The notes: generated from the sequence alone by a model not told the origin. DNA of 43,959 nt from Abditibacteriaceae bacterium (GCA_031425655.1 JANPJS010000298.1:1-43959), one strand, 5' to 3'; shown: positions 8,365 through 18,183, counted from the stretch's first letter. Program-made: numbers and translations.

Positions 8365-9179
8365 GCTTCCACCTCGAAGAAATTTTTCTGTGTTTCGTGC
8401 AGTCCGACGCGCGCCAGACGGTGGCCTTCGTGTTCCAATCGGGCGCGCAAAACATCGAAAATCACGCGCGCGAAATTTTCGCTGGTCGGAATGAGGGTTT
8501 CAAACTCCGGGCAATCTTCGTTGAGATGACGATGGTCGAAGCGCTCGAAAATCTCTTCTTCGACGATGCTGTCCAACGTCCACGGCGCGATTAAGAAGCC
8601 GGTTTGCGCGTCGGGCGTGCCTTCGATTGTCACTTCCAGCCCGTAATTGTGGCCGTGCCCGGCGGGGTTGCTGCATTTGCCGTAAAGCGCCATGTTTTGC
8701 GCATCGTCGAGTTGCGGCGAACACAAACGATGCGCGGCGGCGAATTCGTAACAACGAGTTAATCGCATAAAATCGGGGGTTTTCTCCACGCGCAGACGGC
8801 TCGAAAGTTCCAGCGCCAGCTTGATTAAACGCCCGTTGCTTTGCTGCTTGGGCAGGCGCGTCCACAAAAATTCTACTATGTTTTCGACGGTGGGCCGCGC
8901 GGCGCGGAACTCGTCCAAGTCGCAATCGAGCATCGCGCCATCGAGTGGAGCTATGGCTTCGGCCAGCAGCGGCTTGATGTCGGATAAGTTGGCGATCATG
9001 CCGTCGTTTTCGCCGGGTTCGCCTTCGTAAAACGCGAAAATCATGCAATCGTGCCCGTGCGGGCGCGCCAGATGACGAAAAGTGGCGAGGTTTTTCGCTT
9101 CGTCCCAATCGGGATGGTTCAAGTGGCGCCCAATGGAAAAATAGGCACGCCGCGCCAGTTTGACGCTTTGTTTATTCAT
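8361..9179 (-). CDS. Tandem-domain 6-pyruvoyl/6-carboxy-tetrahydropterin synthase (PTPS/QueD family)
   Basis: C-terminal domain has [25 protein letters not shown] and PTSEN. N-terminal domain is degenerate (RPHGHDC, PTVEN). Overlaps folE. Confidence 0.88.
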   Translation of the reverse strand: MNKQSVKLARRAYFSIGRHLNHPDWDEAKNLATFRHLARPHGHDCMIFAFYEGEPGENDGMIANLSDIKPLLAEAIAPLDGAMLDCDLDEFRAARPTVENIVEFLWTRLPKQQSNGRLIKLALELSSRLRVEKTPDFMRLTRCYEFAAAHRLCSPQLDDAQNMALYGKCSNPAGHGHNYGLEVTIEGTPDAQTGFLIAPWTLDSIVEEEIFERFDHRHLNEDCPEFETLIPTSENFARVIFDVLRARLEHEGHRLARVGLHETQKNFFEVEA

Positions 9180-10035
9180 TTTCGTAAACCTGTCCGAGCG
9201 CGGCGGGCGAGCGCGTTTTTCCGGCGAATCCGGCCAATGTCAGCAGCGTGACAAGGTAGGGTAGGGCTAAAAACAGCGGCGCGTAACCCGAACCAAACGA
9301 GGCTTGCAGCGAAAATTGTGCGCCTTCCGCTGCGCCAAACAGCAACGCCGCGCCGACCGCGCCCAACGGATTCCAGCGTCCGAAAATCACAATCGCCAGT
9401 GCGATGAAGCCGCGCCCCGCCGTCATGTTTTCCGCGAAAGAATGGGTGTGCGACATCGAAAGAAACGCGCCCGCGGCGCCGCACAGCGCGCCGTTGGCCA
9501 AAGTTGCCAACCATCGCACGCCGCGCACATTGACGCCTGCGCTGTCGGCGGCAGCCGGCTGTTCTCCGACCGCGCGCAGTTGCAATCCGGCGCGGGTGCG
9601 GCGCAGCATCCACCACAAAATCAGCGCCAACAACGCTCCGCCAACGGCAAAAGGCATTTCCGGCAGCGCGGGCGCTTCGTAGTTGCCGTGTAATGTAGAT
9701 AATCTTCGGTGAAACACGCCGGTCAGGCCCAACGCGCAAAGATTAAGCCCCGTTCCGGCCACGATGGCGTCGGCGCGCAGAGTGAGCACCAAAAATGCGA
9801 ACAACGCTGCGAAACCGATTCCGGCGCCCATCGCGGCCAATAATCCCAGCGGCGCATGGCCCGAAGCGAACGAAGCCGCCGCTCCGGCCCACGCCCCGCT
9901 TAGCATCATGCCTTCGAGTCCGATGTTCAGCACGCCGGCTCGCTCGCCGATAAGCTCGCCCAACGCCGCCAGCAGCAGCGGCGAGGCGAGCGCCAACGCG
10001 GTGAACAGCCATTGCCACGCGATTTCGGATGTCAT
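9172..10035 (-). CDS. Nucleoside/sugar ABC transporter permease (NupC/YufQ-like)
   Basis: GERAGVLNIGLEG, LRAVGEQP.AADSAG, GRGFIALA and LPY motifs. Start trimmed to ATG 10035, below the REP. Confidence 0.92.
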   Translation of the reverse strand: MTSEIAWQWLFTALALASPLLLAALGELIGERAGVLNIGLEGMMLSGAWAGAAASFASGHAPLGLLAAMGAGIGFAALFAFLVLTLRADAIVAGTGLNLCALGLTGVFHRRLSTLHGNYEAPALPEMPFAVGGALLALILWWMLRRTRAGLQLRAVGEQPAAADSAGVNVRGVRWLATLANGALCGAAGAFLSMSHTHSFAENMTAGRGFIALAIVIFGRWNPLGAVGAALLFGAAEGAQFSLQASFGSGYAPLFLALPYLVTLLTLAGFAGKTRSPAALGQVYENE

Positions 10036-10045
10036 TTGTGAAATC

Positions 10046-10128
10046 TTAAACACAAAGACACGAAGACACAAAGGAAAATCGGTGTTCTTTGTGTCTTCGT
10101 GTCGGGTGCCCTCTGGGCAGGATGTTTA
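10046..10128. repeat. 8-mer-unit inverted repeat (ACAAAGAC family) carrying hairpin module copy 2 (10103-10121, minus strand)
   Basis: TTAAACACAAAGACACGAAGACACAAAG...CTTTGTGTCTTCGTGTC[GGGTGCCCTCTGGGCAGGA]TGTTTAA. Confidence 0.85.
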
Positions 10129-10710
10129 ATCGGCAGAAATGTTTTCCAATTCTCGAACGGTGCATTCGAGTTCGACGAGCAAGGCGCGCAGACCGGGCGG
10201 GTCGGAATCGGTCGTTACGCTGCGATATTTGTCGCACAAAGCGCGGTAATACCAAAGGGTTTCGCGCCCGCCGCTGAAGCGATTCCACAACGCTTCGCCG
10301 TGCGTGCGATAATCGGCCAAAATCGCGCGCGAATTGTGCAATTTATCGGATGACGAAACGAGGCGAACCGATGGCGAAGCCTCGTCTAAATGCGCGATGT
10401 AAATCTCTTTGCGAGCGCGCCACGGCGGTTTGGGAATCGTTTCGGCATCGGTGCAGCCGTCCACGATTTGCGCCACGCGTTCGCCGAAGCGGGCGCGAAT
10501 GTCCTGCCGTCGCGCATCGCCGCCCTGATCCTCGACGGCGTCGTGCAAAAGCGCGGCGATAGCCTCGTCTTCGTCGCCGCCATGCTCCAAAACCAGCGAG
10601 GCCACGCCCATCAAATGCGAAATATAGGGAATCCCGGAGCCTTTGCGGATTTGCGCGGCGTGAATGCGCGTGGCGTAAACGAAAGCGTCTTCAAATCGCT
10701 GGGTCAGCAT
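10126..10710 (-). CDS. HD-domain hydrolase, small alarmone hydrolase/Mesh1-like
   Basis: HAAQIRKGSGIPYISH, AALLHDAVED and DKLHN motifs of the RSH HD_4 family. True start is the ATG at 10710. Confidence 0.88.
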   Translation of the reverse strand: MLTQRFEDAFVYATRIHAAQIRKGSGIPYISHLMGVASLVLEHGGDEDEAIAALLHDAVEDQGGDARRQDIRARFGERVAQIVDGCTDAETIPKPPWRARKEIYIAHLDEASPSVRLVSSSDKLHNSRAILADYRTHGEALWNRFSGGRETLWYYRALCDKYRSVTTDSDPPGLRALLVELECTVRELENISAD

Positions 10711-10712
10711 GA

Positions 10713-11726
10713 TTAATCCTTTGGCCGCAGGCGTGGTAAAAGCGCGGCGCTGCAAACTAAAACTCCGACGATAATTGAGACCGTGACCGAGGGAATGCCC
10801 GCGCTGCGTTCCATCGCGCCGCCGCCCGCGCCCAACATTCCAAAAAGCAGAGCGGCGGGCAGCACGCCCAGCGGATTCAAATCGCCCAGTAGCGCGACGG
10901 CAATCGCGGTGAAGCCGTAGCCGGGCGGCGTTAATCCCAATTGCCTGGTGGCGCCCGCGATTTCCATCGCGCCGCCCAATCCGGCCAACGCGCCGCAGAG
11001 CATCGTCGTCCATTGAATCTGCGCGTCCGTATTGATGCCCGCCGCCCGCGCCGCGATTGGGTTGGTGCCCGCCGCGCGAGCCAAAAAGCCGCGCTCACTG
11101 CGAAACAAAAACCACCAGCAGCCAAACGCGCAAGCGAGAGCTAAAAACAGCCCGGCGTGCAAATTGGAGTCGCGCACAATCGGCGAAAGCTGCGCGGCGG
11201 GCGGCATGACATCGCTTTGCGGCTGCGCTCCGGCACTTTCCAAAAGCCAGCCGCGCGGCTCATTTGGCGCGGCGGGAATTTGCAGCGAAAACTCCACGAT
11301 GCGAATCGCCACATAGTTGAGCATGATGGTCGTGATGATTTCCGGTGCGCCGCGACGCAATTTCATCCAACCCGCGAGGCCAGCCCACGCTCCGCCGGCA
11401 ATCGCGCCGCCGATAAGCACAAAAGGCCACGGCAGATGCGCTTTGGCGCCCAAACCCGCCGCCGCTAACGCGCCCATTAAGAACTGCCCTTCGGCGCCGA
11501 TGTTGAAAAAACCGGCGCGAAACGCCAGCGCCACGCTCAGCCCGGTCATTATCAGCGGGATGGTTTTGGCCAGCGATTCGGTCGCGTTGCGCGGCGTGCC
11601 GATAGCGCCGCGCAGAATCGCCTGCCCCGCCAGAATTGGGTCTTGCCCCGCCAAACGCACTACGAGGGCGCAAACGACAAGAGCGATTATCGGCAGCAAA
11701 ATCAGCGGGAGGATTCGAGAACGCAT
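10713..11726 (-). CDS. Nucleoside/sugar ABC transporter permease (NupB/YufP-like)
   Basis: FNIGAEGQ, EIITTIMLNY and GYGFTAIAVALLG motifs. Start trimmed to ATG 11726. Confidence 0.92.
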   Translation of the reverse strand: MRSRILPLILLPIIALVVCALVVRLAGQDPILAGQAILRGAIGTPRNATESLAKTIPLIMTGLSVALAFRAGFFNIGAEGQFLMGALAAAGLGAKAHLPWPFVLIGGAIAGGAWAGLAGWMKLRRGAPEIITTIMLNYVAIRIVEFSLQIPAAPNEPRGWLLESAGAQPQSDVMPPAAQLSPIVRDSNLHAGLFLALACAFGCWWFLFRSERGFLARAAGTNPIAARAAGINTDAQIQWTTMLCGALAGLGGAMEIAGATRQLGLTPPGYGFTAIAVALLGDLNPLGVLPAALLFGMLGAGGGAMERSAGIPSVTVSIIVGVLVCSAALLPRLRPKD

Positions 11727-11729
11727 GGA

Positions 11730-11804
11730 AGTGACGAGTGACGAGTGACGAGTGACGAGTGACGAATGGTGAGACTCCGCACTCGTCACTCCACACTCGT
11801 CACT
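11730..11804. repeat. 7-mer (GTGACGA) tandem/inverted intergenic repeat
   Basis: (GTGACGA)x5 followed by inverted CTCGTCACT copies. Confidence 0.85.
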
Positions 11805-13278
11805 CCGTTGCGCCTCCCATCAACTTGCCGATTTCATCGCGCGACGTGCCGGCGGGCAGCAGGTTTTCGTCGGGCAATAATCGGCCTTCATAAAGCACGC
11901 CGATGCGGTCGCTGAGGTGCAAAATTTCGTCGAGATCGGTGGAAATGAGCAGAATGGGCGCGCCGGCATCGGCGGCAGCACGCAACTGCTGATGCACGAA
12001 TTGCCCCGCGCCGATGTCAAGCCCGCGCGCCGGGTCAGCAGCCACCACCGCCGATGGCTCGAAGCTCAGCGCCCGCGCGACGACCACTTTTTGTTGATTG
12101 CCGCCCGATAACCGGGCTGCGAGTGCGCGCTCACCAGTTGCGGACGCGCGCACATCGAATTTCACCATTAAATCGCGTGTTAGTTGACGGATGGCAGGCC
12201 AATCGAGGCCAAGCGGCTTGCGAAACCTTGCGCGTGGCCTCGGATGCAGCGCGATGTTTTCGGCCAAATCGAAGGGCAAAATCAAACCGGTGCTTTGCCG
12301 GTCAGCGGGAATCAAACCGAGAACGCCAGTCGCCGCTTTGCCGTTTTCATCCACGCGAAAAGTGCCTGAATCGGGCTTTTGTAGGCCGCTGAGAAGCTCC
12401 ATGAGTTCGCGCTGTCCGTTGCCGTCAACGCCCGCGAGTCCGACGATTTCGCCGCCGTTAATCGTCAGCGAAAACTCGCGCAAGGCGCCGCACGACAGGT
12501 TTTCGATACGAAGCCGTCGCGTGCCGATTGGCGTAACCGGCGCGGTGCGCGGCGATGTTTTATCGAGGTCGCGCCCGACCATCAGCGAGGCGAGTTCGCC
12601 GATGTTGGTCGTTTTCGTTTCTCGTTCGCCGGTGACTTGGCCGTGGCGCAAAACCACGACGCGGTCACATAATTCCATGACTTCATGCAATTTATGCGAA
12701 ACGAAAACCACGCCGCGTCCTTGTTCGCGCAGGCGCCGCACCACGGCGATCAGTTCACCGACTTCGGCGGGCGTGAGATTAGCGGTTGGCTCATCTAAAA
12801 GCAGCAGGCGCGCCTCGCCGTCGCCCGCGAAAAGCGCTTTAAGGATTTCCACGCGCTGCTTTTCGCCGACGCTGAGGTCTTCGATGCGCGCATGGCCGTT
12901 GATTTTCCAGCCCAGCGAAGCCGCCCGTTTTTCCGCCTGTTTCGCCCAAAAATCGGGCTGAAACGCGCCGCGCCCGGCGTGCAAGGCCAGATTTTCGGCG
13001 ACTGTGAAGACCGGCACCAGATGAAAATGCTGATGCACCACACCGATGCCGCGCTGCGTCGCCTCGCGCGGCGATTTGAGGCTCATCGGCGCGCCGTCCC
13101 AAAGTATCTCTCCGCTCGAAGCCGCTAATTCGCCGCCGAGAATTTTCAGCAGCGTGCTTTTGCCGGCTCCGTTTTCGCCGAGCAGCCCGACGATTTCGCC
13201 GCCGCTGACGCCGAAGTTAACGCTGTCCAGCGCGCGAAAATTACCGAATTGCCGAGACAAATTGCGGACTTGGAGCAT
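11800..13278 (-). CDS. Nucleoside/sugar ABC transporter ATPase with two nucleotide-binding domains (NupA/YufO-like)
   Basis: GENGAGKST, LSVGEKQRVEI, LLLLDEPT and LSGGNQQK motifs. Confidence 0.95.
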   Translation of the reverse strand: MLQVRNLSRQFGNFRALDSVNFGVSGGEIVGLLGENGAGKSTLLKILGGELAASSGEILWDGAPMSLKSPREATQRGIGVVHQHFHLVPVFTVAENLALHAGRGAFQPDFWAKQAEKRAASLGWKINGHARIEDLSVGEKQRVEILKALFAGDGEARLLLLDEPTANLTPAEVGELIAVVRRLREQGRGVVFVSHKLHEVMELCDRVVVLRHGQVTGERETKTTNIGELASLMVGRDLDKTSPRTAPVTPIGTRRLRIENLSCGALREFSLTINGGEIVGLAGVDGNGQRELMELLSGLQKPDSGTFRVDENGKAATGVLGLIPADRQSTGLILPFDLAENIALHPRPRARFRKPLGLDWPAIRQLTRDLMVKFDVRASATGERALAARLSGGNQQKVVVARALSFEPSAVVAADPARGLDIGAGQFVHQQLRAAADAGAPILLISTDLDEILHLSDRIGVLYEGRLLPDENLLPAGTSRDEIGKLMGGATE

Positions 13279-13286
13279 AGGACATA

Positions 13287-13353
13287 TCTCTCGCAAAGAC
13301 GCCAAGTCGCAAAATTTTTAAATCTCTTTGCGGCTTGGCGTCTTTGCGAGAGA
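13287..13353. repeat. 8-mer-unit inverted repeat (GCAAAGAC family)
   Basis: TCTCTCGCAAAGACGCCAAGTCGCAAA...TTTGCGGCTTGGCGTCTTTGCGAGAGA. Related copies at 20461 and 43774. Confidence 0.85.
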
Positions 13354-13354
13354 A

Positions 13355-14380
13355 TCAAACATTTCTCTTGATTTTCAGCGTGCCGCTTTTGATTTTCGCT
13401 TGGGCTTCGCTGATTTTCTTCATCAGAGGCGCGGGGATTTTCGATTGGAGCGCGGCGTTCCAATGCACTCCGATGTTGCCGTTGGCGATGTTCAATTCGA
13501 CGAATTCCGGTTTGAAAGTGCCGTCTTTGACGCTCTTGGCGACGGCGACGAAGGCGCGCGGCATCTCGATAACCGCCGAACCGAGGCAAATGCCCGGCGC
13601 AACCGAATTCTGGTCGCGGTTAGAGCCGAAAACCAGCACGCTTTTGGCTTCTTTGGCGGCGTCGAACATCCCTTTTCCGGCTTGGTCGGCGTTGTGGAAA
13701 ATGAAGTCGCACTTTTGCGCGATCAGCGATTTTGCGGCTTCTTTTCCGGCGTTTTGGTCATCGAAGGAGTTCAAATAAACCGTTTTAACCTGCACTTTCG
13801 GGTTGACGGCTTTGGCGCCTTGCTCGAAAGCCAAAAACGTCGAGGTGATAACCGGCAATTTCATGCCGCCAATGCAGCCGATGACGCCGTTTTTGCTCAT
13901 TCCGCCCGCTGCCATGCCCAGCAAATAGGTCGCTTCTTCGAGTTTTGGCACCAGCGTGGCCACGTTCGGCGCTTTTTTGACGTTGCCGCCCACGACCACG
14001 AATTTCGTGTCGGTAAATTGCGGCGCGAGGGGCAAAACGCGGTCGCCGTATTCATAGCCGTGGCACAAAACCAAGTCGAATTTCTGGTCGCCGAAATCGC
14101 GCAGCGCGGCTTGATGGTCGGCGGTATTTTTCGTGACCTGATGCGCGGTTTTGGCGCCGAATTCTTTTTCGACGGCCTGCAAACCCTCGTAAGCAAGCTG
14201 ATTCCAGCCTGCGTCGTTGATGTCGCCCGGCGTCAGCAGCGCGACTTGTAACGGCTTGGCGTCGCTCGGCGCTGCATCCGTAGCCACGCCGGTATTTTTG
14301 GCTTTTTCCTGTCCGCCGCAACCGGCCAACATCAGTGCGCCCGCCGCGCAGAAAACGAATTTTTTTAACGAAAATTTCAC
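13355..14380 (-). CDS. BMP-family ABC substrate-binding lipoprotein
   Basis: Lipobox LAGC, GDINDAGWNQLAYEG, YLLGMAAG, AFEQGAKAVNP and SFDD motifs. Confidence 0.92.
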   Translation of the reverse strand: MKFSLKKFVFCAAGALMLAGCGGQEKAKNTGVATDAAPSDAKPLQVALLTPGDINDAGWNQLAYEGLQAVEKEFGAKTAHQVTKNTADHQAALRDFGDQKFDLVLCHGYEYGDRVLPLAPQFTDTKFVVVGGNVKKAPNVATLVPKLEEATYLLGMAAGGMSKNGVIGCIGGMKLPVITSTFLAFEQGAKAVNPKVQVKTVYLNSFDDQNAGKEAAKSLIAQKCDFIFHNADQAGKGMFDAAKEAKSVLVFGSNRDQNSVAPGICLGSAVIEMPRAFVAVAKSVKDGTFKPEFVELNIANGNIGVHWNAALQSKIPAPLMKKISEAQAKIKSGTLKIKRNV

Positions 14381-14394
14381 GATTCCCCTTTTTC

Positions 14395-14513
14395 AATGGA
14401 ACACGGATTTACCTGCCCAGAGGGCGCCCGAAACGGCCACAGATTTTCGCGGATTAATTCAAAGAAAAATCCGTGAGAATCCGTGGCCGTTTCCGTGAAA
14501 TGCGTGTTCCATT
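14395..14513. repeat. CACGGATT-family inverted repeat carrying hairpin module copy 3 (14411-14429)
   Basis: AATGGAACACGGATTT[ACCTGCCCAGAGGGCGCCC]GAAACGGCCACAGATT...AATCCGTGGCCGTTTCCGTGAAATGCGTGTTCCATT. Confidence 0.85.
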
Positions 14514-14523
14514 TTAAACAATA

Positions 14524-15789
14524 TCACGACGTTTCTTGCGGCGCGCGGCGGCGAAAGAGATGCCAGCCGAATTCGGCGCGTCCCATCAAACCTTGCGGGC
14601 GCAGCAGCATCAGCACGATGAGAATCAGGCCGTAAATCACGAAGCGCAGCGACGACACGTTAGCTTCGAGCCAGTCGCGGCGAAAGAAAAACAGGAAAAT
14701 CAGCGCGGCGCCCGACAAAAGCGGCCAGAACAGCCAACGCGTCACGCCGGGCAGTGCATTTTGCGCGATGGCCGCGCGATGGCGCGGCAGCGACAGCACA
14801 GCCGCAAAAAACACGACGCCCAACCCGACTCCAAACGCGCCGGAAATGGTTCGCAGCACTTCTTCGAGCACTTTGAGCAGCACCGCCGTAATCGCGCAGC
14901 CGGTTATTGAACCCAATCCGCCCAACACCACCATGACCACGATTTCCACGCTTTTCATGAAATTAAACGTGTTCGGATTGGCGTATTGAATCAGATGTGC
15001 GCCCAACGCGCCTGCGATTCCGGCCCACATCGAAGACACCACGAAGGCCAGCACTTTGACTTGTGTGGTGTTGATTCCCGCCGCTTCGGCGGCGACTTCG
15101 TCTTCGCGCACCGCGCGCATCGAGCGGCCCAGCGACGATTCAGCAAGATTGCGAATCGAAAGCACACACAAAATCACCAACGCGAATGTCCACGCGAAAT
15201 TCGTCCACAACGGAATGTCTTTAAAACCGCGCGCCGCACCTAATTGCACACTTCCTAAAATGCTGTTGAGGCCATCGAAGGGGCGCGGCAGTTGAATGCG
15301 GTCAACCGTCGTCCAAATGACGCGAATAATTTCGCCGAAGCCGAGCGTGACAATCGCCAAATAATCGCCGCGCAATCGCAAACTGGGAAGTCCGACGATC
15401 CATCCGGCGATGCCCGCGAACGTTGCCGCCATCAGCAGCGACAGCACGAAAATCAGCGAAGGTGGCAACGCAAGCCGCTGCGAACCCAAAATCGAAACGT
15501 AGCCGCCGACGTAGGCGCCGACGGCCATAAATCCGGCGTGTCCCAGCGAAAACTGCCCGGTGATGCCGTTAATCAAATTCAAACTCACCGCGAGAATGAT
15601 ATTGATTCCGGCCAAAATGAGGATTTGCAAAAAGTAGTCGTTCAATCGCTGCTCGAAAAGGCGCTGCAAACCGAGCAAAACGCCGAGCGAGGCCACGCAA
15701 GCCAGTAGGCGCAGCGGCAGCGTGCGCGTCCAAAAAAGACGAGCAAAATTGGGCGCGTCGGGAGCAGCTTGAGAAATAGTCGCGGCCAT
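14524..15789 (-). CDS. livM: Branched-chain amino acid ABC permease LivM
   Basis: GQFSLGHAGF, LRLRGDYLAIVTLGFGEII, VVLGGLGS and RPQGLMG motifs. Confidence 0.93.
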   Translation of the reverse strand: MAATISQAAPDAPNFARLFWTRTLPLRLLACVASLGVLLGLQRLFEQRLNDYFLQILILAGINIILAVSLNLINGITGQFSLGHAGFMAVGAYVGGYVSILGSQRLALPPSLIFVLSLLMAATFAGIAGWIVGLPSLRLRGDYLAIVTLGFGEIIRVIWTTVDRIQLPRPFDGLNSILGSVQLGAARGFKDIPLWTNFAWTFALVILCVLSIRNLAESSLGRSMRAVREDEVAAEAAGINTTQVKVLAFVVSSMWAGIAGALGAHLIQYANPNTFNFMKSVEIVVMVVLGGLGSITGCAITAVLLKVLEEVLRTISGAFGVGLGVVFFAAVLSLPRHRAAIAQNALPGVTRWLFWPLLSGAALIFLFFFRRDWLEANVSSLRFVIYGLILIVLMLLRPQGLMGRAEFGWHLFRRRAPQETS

Positions 15790-15796
15790 GCGGCGA

Positions 15797-16726
15797 TTAC
15801 ACTTTTTCGGGCGCGGTGCGACCCAACAATCCGGCAGGCCGCAGCAGCAAAACTAAAATGAGAATGGCGAACGCGATGGCATCGCGGTATTCGGAGTAGC
15901 CTCTGGCGACGACGGCGGTTTCGGCGCCCGACATCAGCAGCCCGCCCAACACCGCGCCGGGAATGCTGCCGATGCCGCCCAATACCGCCGCCACGAACGC
16001 CTTCAAGCCCACCATTAAGCCCATCAGCGGGTCAATCGTCGGCTGGTAAACCGAATTCAAGATGCCGCCCGCCGCCGCCAGCGCTGAGCCAAGCGCGAAA
16101 GTAAACGCGATGACCACATCGGTGTTGATGCCCATCAGCGAAGCGGCGTTGCGGTCGAGCGACACGGCGCGCATTGCTCGTCCCATGCGCGTTTTGGTCA
16201 CGATGAATTGCAATCCGATCATCAGCAAAAACGCCACGCCGATAATCGTCACTTGCACCAAGCTCAAGTTGAAATCGGGCTTGTCAATGAGGTTTGTCGG
16301 CGGAATGAGAGCCGGAAACGGCTGCGGATCAGGCGAAAAAACCGCCTGCGCGCCGTTTTCCAAGACCAGCGACACGCCGATAGCGGTAATCAGCGCGGTC
16401 AATCGCGGCGATTGACGAAGTGGGCGATAAGCAAAGCGTTCGAGCGCCGCTCCGACCAGCGCGCAGGCCAGCATCGCAATGAAAAATACTACTGCGACTT
16501 GCAGCCAGTGCGTGAAATCGTAAACCGGCGCTTCGGCGTCTAATCGCTTGGTTAATCCCAGCCACGCCGCCGAATAAAAGCCGGCGAAAGCGCCCAGCAT
16601 ATAAACGTCGCCGTGCGCGAAATTAATCAGGCGCAGCACGCCGTAAACCATCGTGTAACCGAGCGCGATGAGCGCATAAATCGCGCCCTGCGTTAGTCCA
16701 TTGACGATTTGCTGGAGAATTTCCAT
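15797..16726 (-). CDS. livH: Branched-chain amino acid ABC permease LivH
   Basis: GAIYALIALGYTMVYGVLRLINFAHG and LKAFVAAVLGGIGS motifs. Start trimmed to ATG 16726. Confidence 0.95.
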   Translation of the reverse strand: MEILQQIVNGLTQGAIYALIALGYTMVYGVLRLINFAHGDVYMLGAFAGFYSAAWLGLTKRLDAEAPVYDFTHWLQVAVVFFIAMLACALVGAALERFAYRPLRQSPRLTALITAIGVSLVLENGAQAVFSPDPQPFPALIPPTNLIDKPDFNLSLVQVTIIGVAFLLMIGLQFIVTKTRMGRAMRAVSLDRNAASLMGINTDVVIAFTFALGSALAAAGGILNSVYQPTIDPLMGLMVGLKAFVAAVLGGIGSIPGAVLGGLLMSGAETAVVARGYSEYRDAIAFAILILVLLLRPAGLLGRTAPEKV

Positions 16727-16730
16727 CGGC

Positions 16731-16820
16731 GGGAGCTGGGGGTTAGGGGCTGGGGGCTGGGTCAAGGTGAGAAAACGTGTAACTTTTCTCCCCAGTCCCT
16801 AACCCCCAGTCCCCAGCCCC
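16731..16820. repeat. 7-mer (GGGGCTG-type) tandem/inverted intergenic repeat
   Basis: GGGAGCTGGGGGTTAGGGGCTGGGGGCTGGG...CCCAGTCCCTAACCCCCAGTCCCCAGCCCC. Confidence 0.8.
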
Positions 16821-16824
16821 TGCC

Positions 16825-18060
16825 TTACGGTTTCACCGTCGTAACGTATTTGTAGGATTTGCCGGCGACTTGCAAGATCACGGCGGGCTTGATGGCGTTG
16901 CGGTCGGCGTCGAGCGTGATGTCGCCGGTGACGCCGGGAAAGTTTTTGGTAGCGGCGATAGCATCGCGGATTTTGTCGCGGTCGGTGCCTCCGGCGCTCT
17001 TGATGGCCGCGAAGAGAATTTTTGCGGCATCATAAGCGACGGCGGCCAAAGCGTCGGGCGTTTCGCTGTATTTCTTTTTGAAATCGGCCACGAATTTGAC
17101 CACGCGCGGGTCTTTGCTTTCGGGCGAGTAGTGCGTGGAAAAATAAGCGCCCTGCACCGCGCCTTTGCCGATTTCGGCTAATTTGGGCGAATCCCAGCCG
17201 TCGCCGCCAAGCAGCGGTTGTTTCATGCCCAGCGATTTGGCCTGCAACGCGATGTTGCCGACTTCGGTGTAGTAACCGGGAATGTAGATCACGCCGGGAT
17301 TTTTGCCCTTGATATTGGTCAGTTGCGCGCGAAAATCTTTGTCGCCTTCGCTATACGAGGCTTCGGACACGATTTTGCCGCCCGATTTCGTGAATTCTTC
17401 CTTGAAAAACTTCGCCAGTCCGACGCTGTAATCGTTTTTCACGTCGGTCAGAATGGCGGCGCTGCCGGCTTTCAAAGTTTGCCGCGCGAACTTGGCGCCG
17501 ACTGTGCCTTGAAACGGGTCAATAAAGCAGGTGCGGAAAATGTAGTCGCCGGTTTGCGTGACGGCGGGATTGGTCGAAGTCGGCGAAATCATCGGCACGC
17601 CGGCTTTCTGGCAAATCGGCGCGGCGGCTAAAGAGCGCGAAGAGGCGACTTCTCCGAGGACGGCCAGCACGTTCGATTGCGTGATTAAACGCTTAACGAC
17701 CGTCGCGGCCTGTTCGGGCAAACCCTGATCGTCTAAGGCTTCGATTTTAATTTGCTTGCCGATGACGCCTCCGGCAGCGTTGGCTTCTTCGACCGCCATC
17801 ATGATGCCGTTGTGCGTGCTTTTGCCGAACGTGGCCGTTGTGCCGGTCATCGAGCCGTATTCGCCGATCACGATGTCGCTGCCTTCGTAAGGCTTGGCTT
17901 TGGCGATGTCAACGCTCGATGGCGTGGCGGAGGCGCCCCGGACGGTTCCGAGGTCGCTTTCGGCGGGCGGTTCTTTGCAGCCGGAAAGCAAGGCTGTCGT
18001 GGCTATGGCCGATAAAAGTAAACTGCTGAAAATCGGTGCGGAAATGCCGAGTTTTCGCAT
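16825..18060 (-). CDS. Branched-chain amino acid ABC substrate-binding lipoprotein (LivJ/LivK family)
   Basis: Lipobox LSGC, GEVASS, STNPAVT, FRTCFIDPFQG, DYSVGL and GGDGWD motifs. Confidence 0.93.
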   Translation of the reverse strand: MRKLGISAPIFSSLLLSAIATTALLSGCKEPPAESDLGTVRGASATPSSVDIAKAKPYEGSDIVIGEYGSMTGTTATFGKSTHNGIMMAVEEANAAGGVIGKQIKIEALDDQGLPEQAATVVKRLITQSNVLAVLGEVASSRSLAAAPICQKAGVPMISPTSTNPAVTQTGDYIFRTCFIDPFQGTVGAKFARQTLKAGSAAILTDVKNDYSVGLAKFFKEEFTKSGGKIVSEASYSEGDKDFRAQLTNIKGKNPGVIYIPGYYTEVGNIALQAKSLGMKQPLLGGDGWDSPKLAEIGKGAVQGAYFSTHYSPESKDPRVVKFVADFKKKYSETPDALAAVAYDAAKILFAAIKSAGGTDRDKIRDAIAATKNFPGVTGDITLDADRNAIKPAVILQVAGKSYKYVTTVKP

Positions 18061-18183
18061 GAGAAAAGCGTCTCCTGTCCTTCAAACTGTTTGCCGATTT
18101 TAACACAGGGCCACATGGCACGCTATCCGCGCGCGGGCCAAAACGCTGTTCGCCGCACTCAATTCGCGTATCGGGAAAATTCT

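Noticed and set aside
10711..11013. N-terminal extension of the HD protein, and similar extensions of ORFs starting at 7686, 10071, 11789, 13305, 16765, 18091, 23805, 34256 and 41172
   Set aside because: They overlap neighbouring genes or translate intergenic repeats/promoters. Downstream starts fit family length, signal peptides or RBS better.
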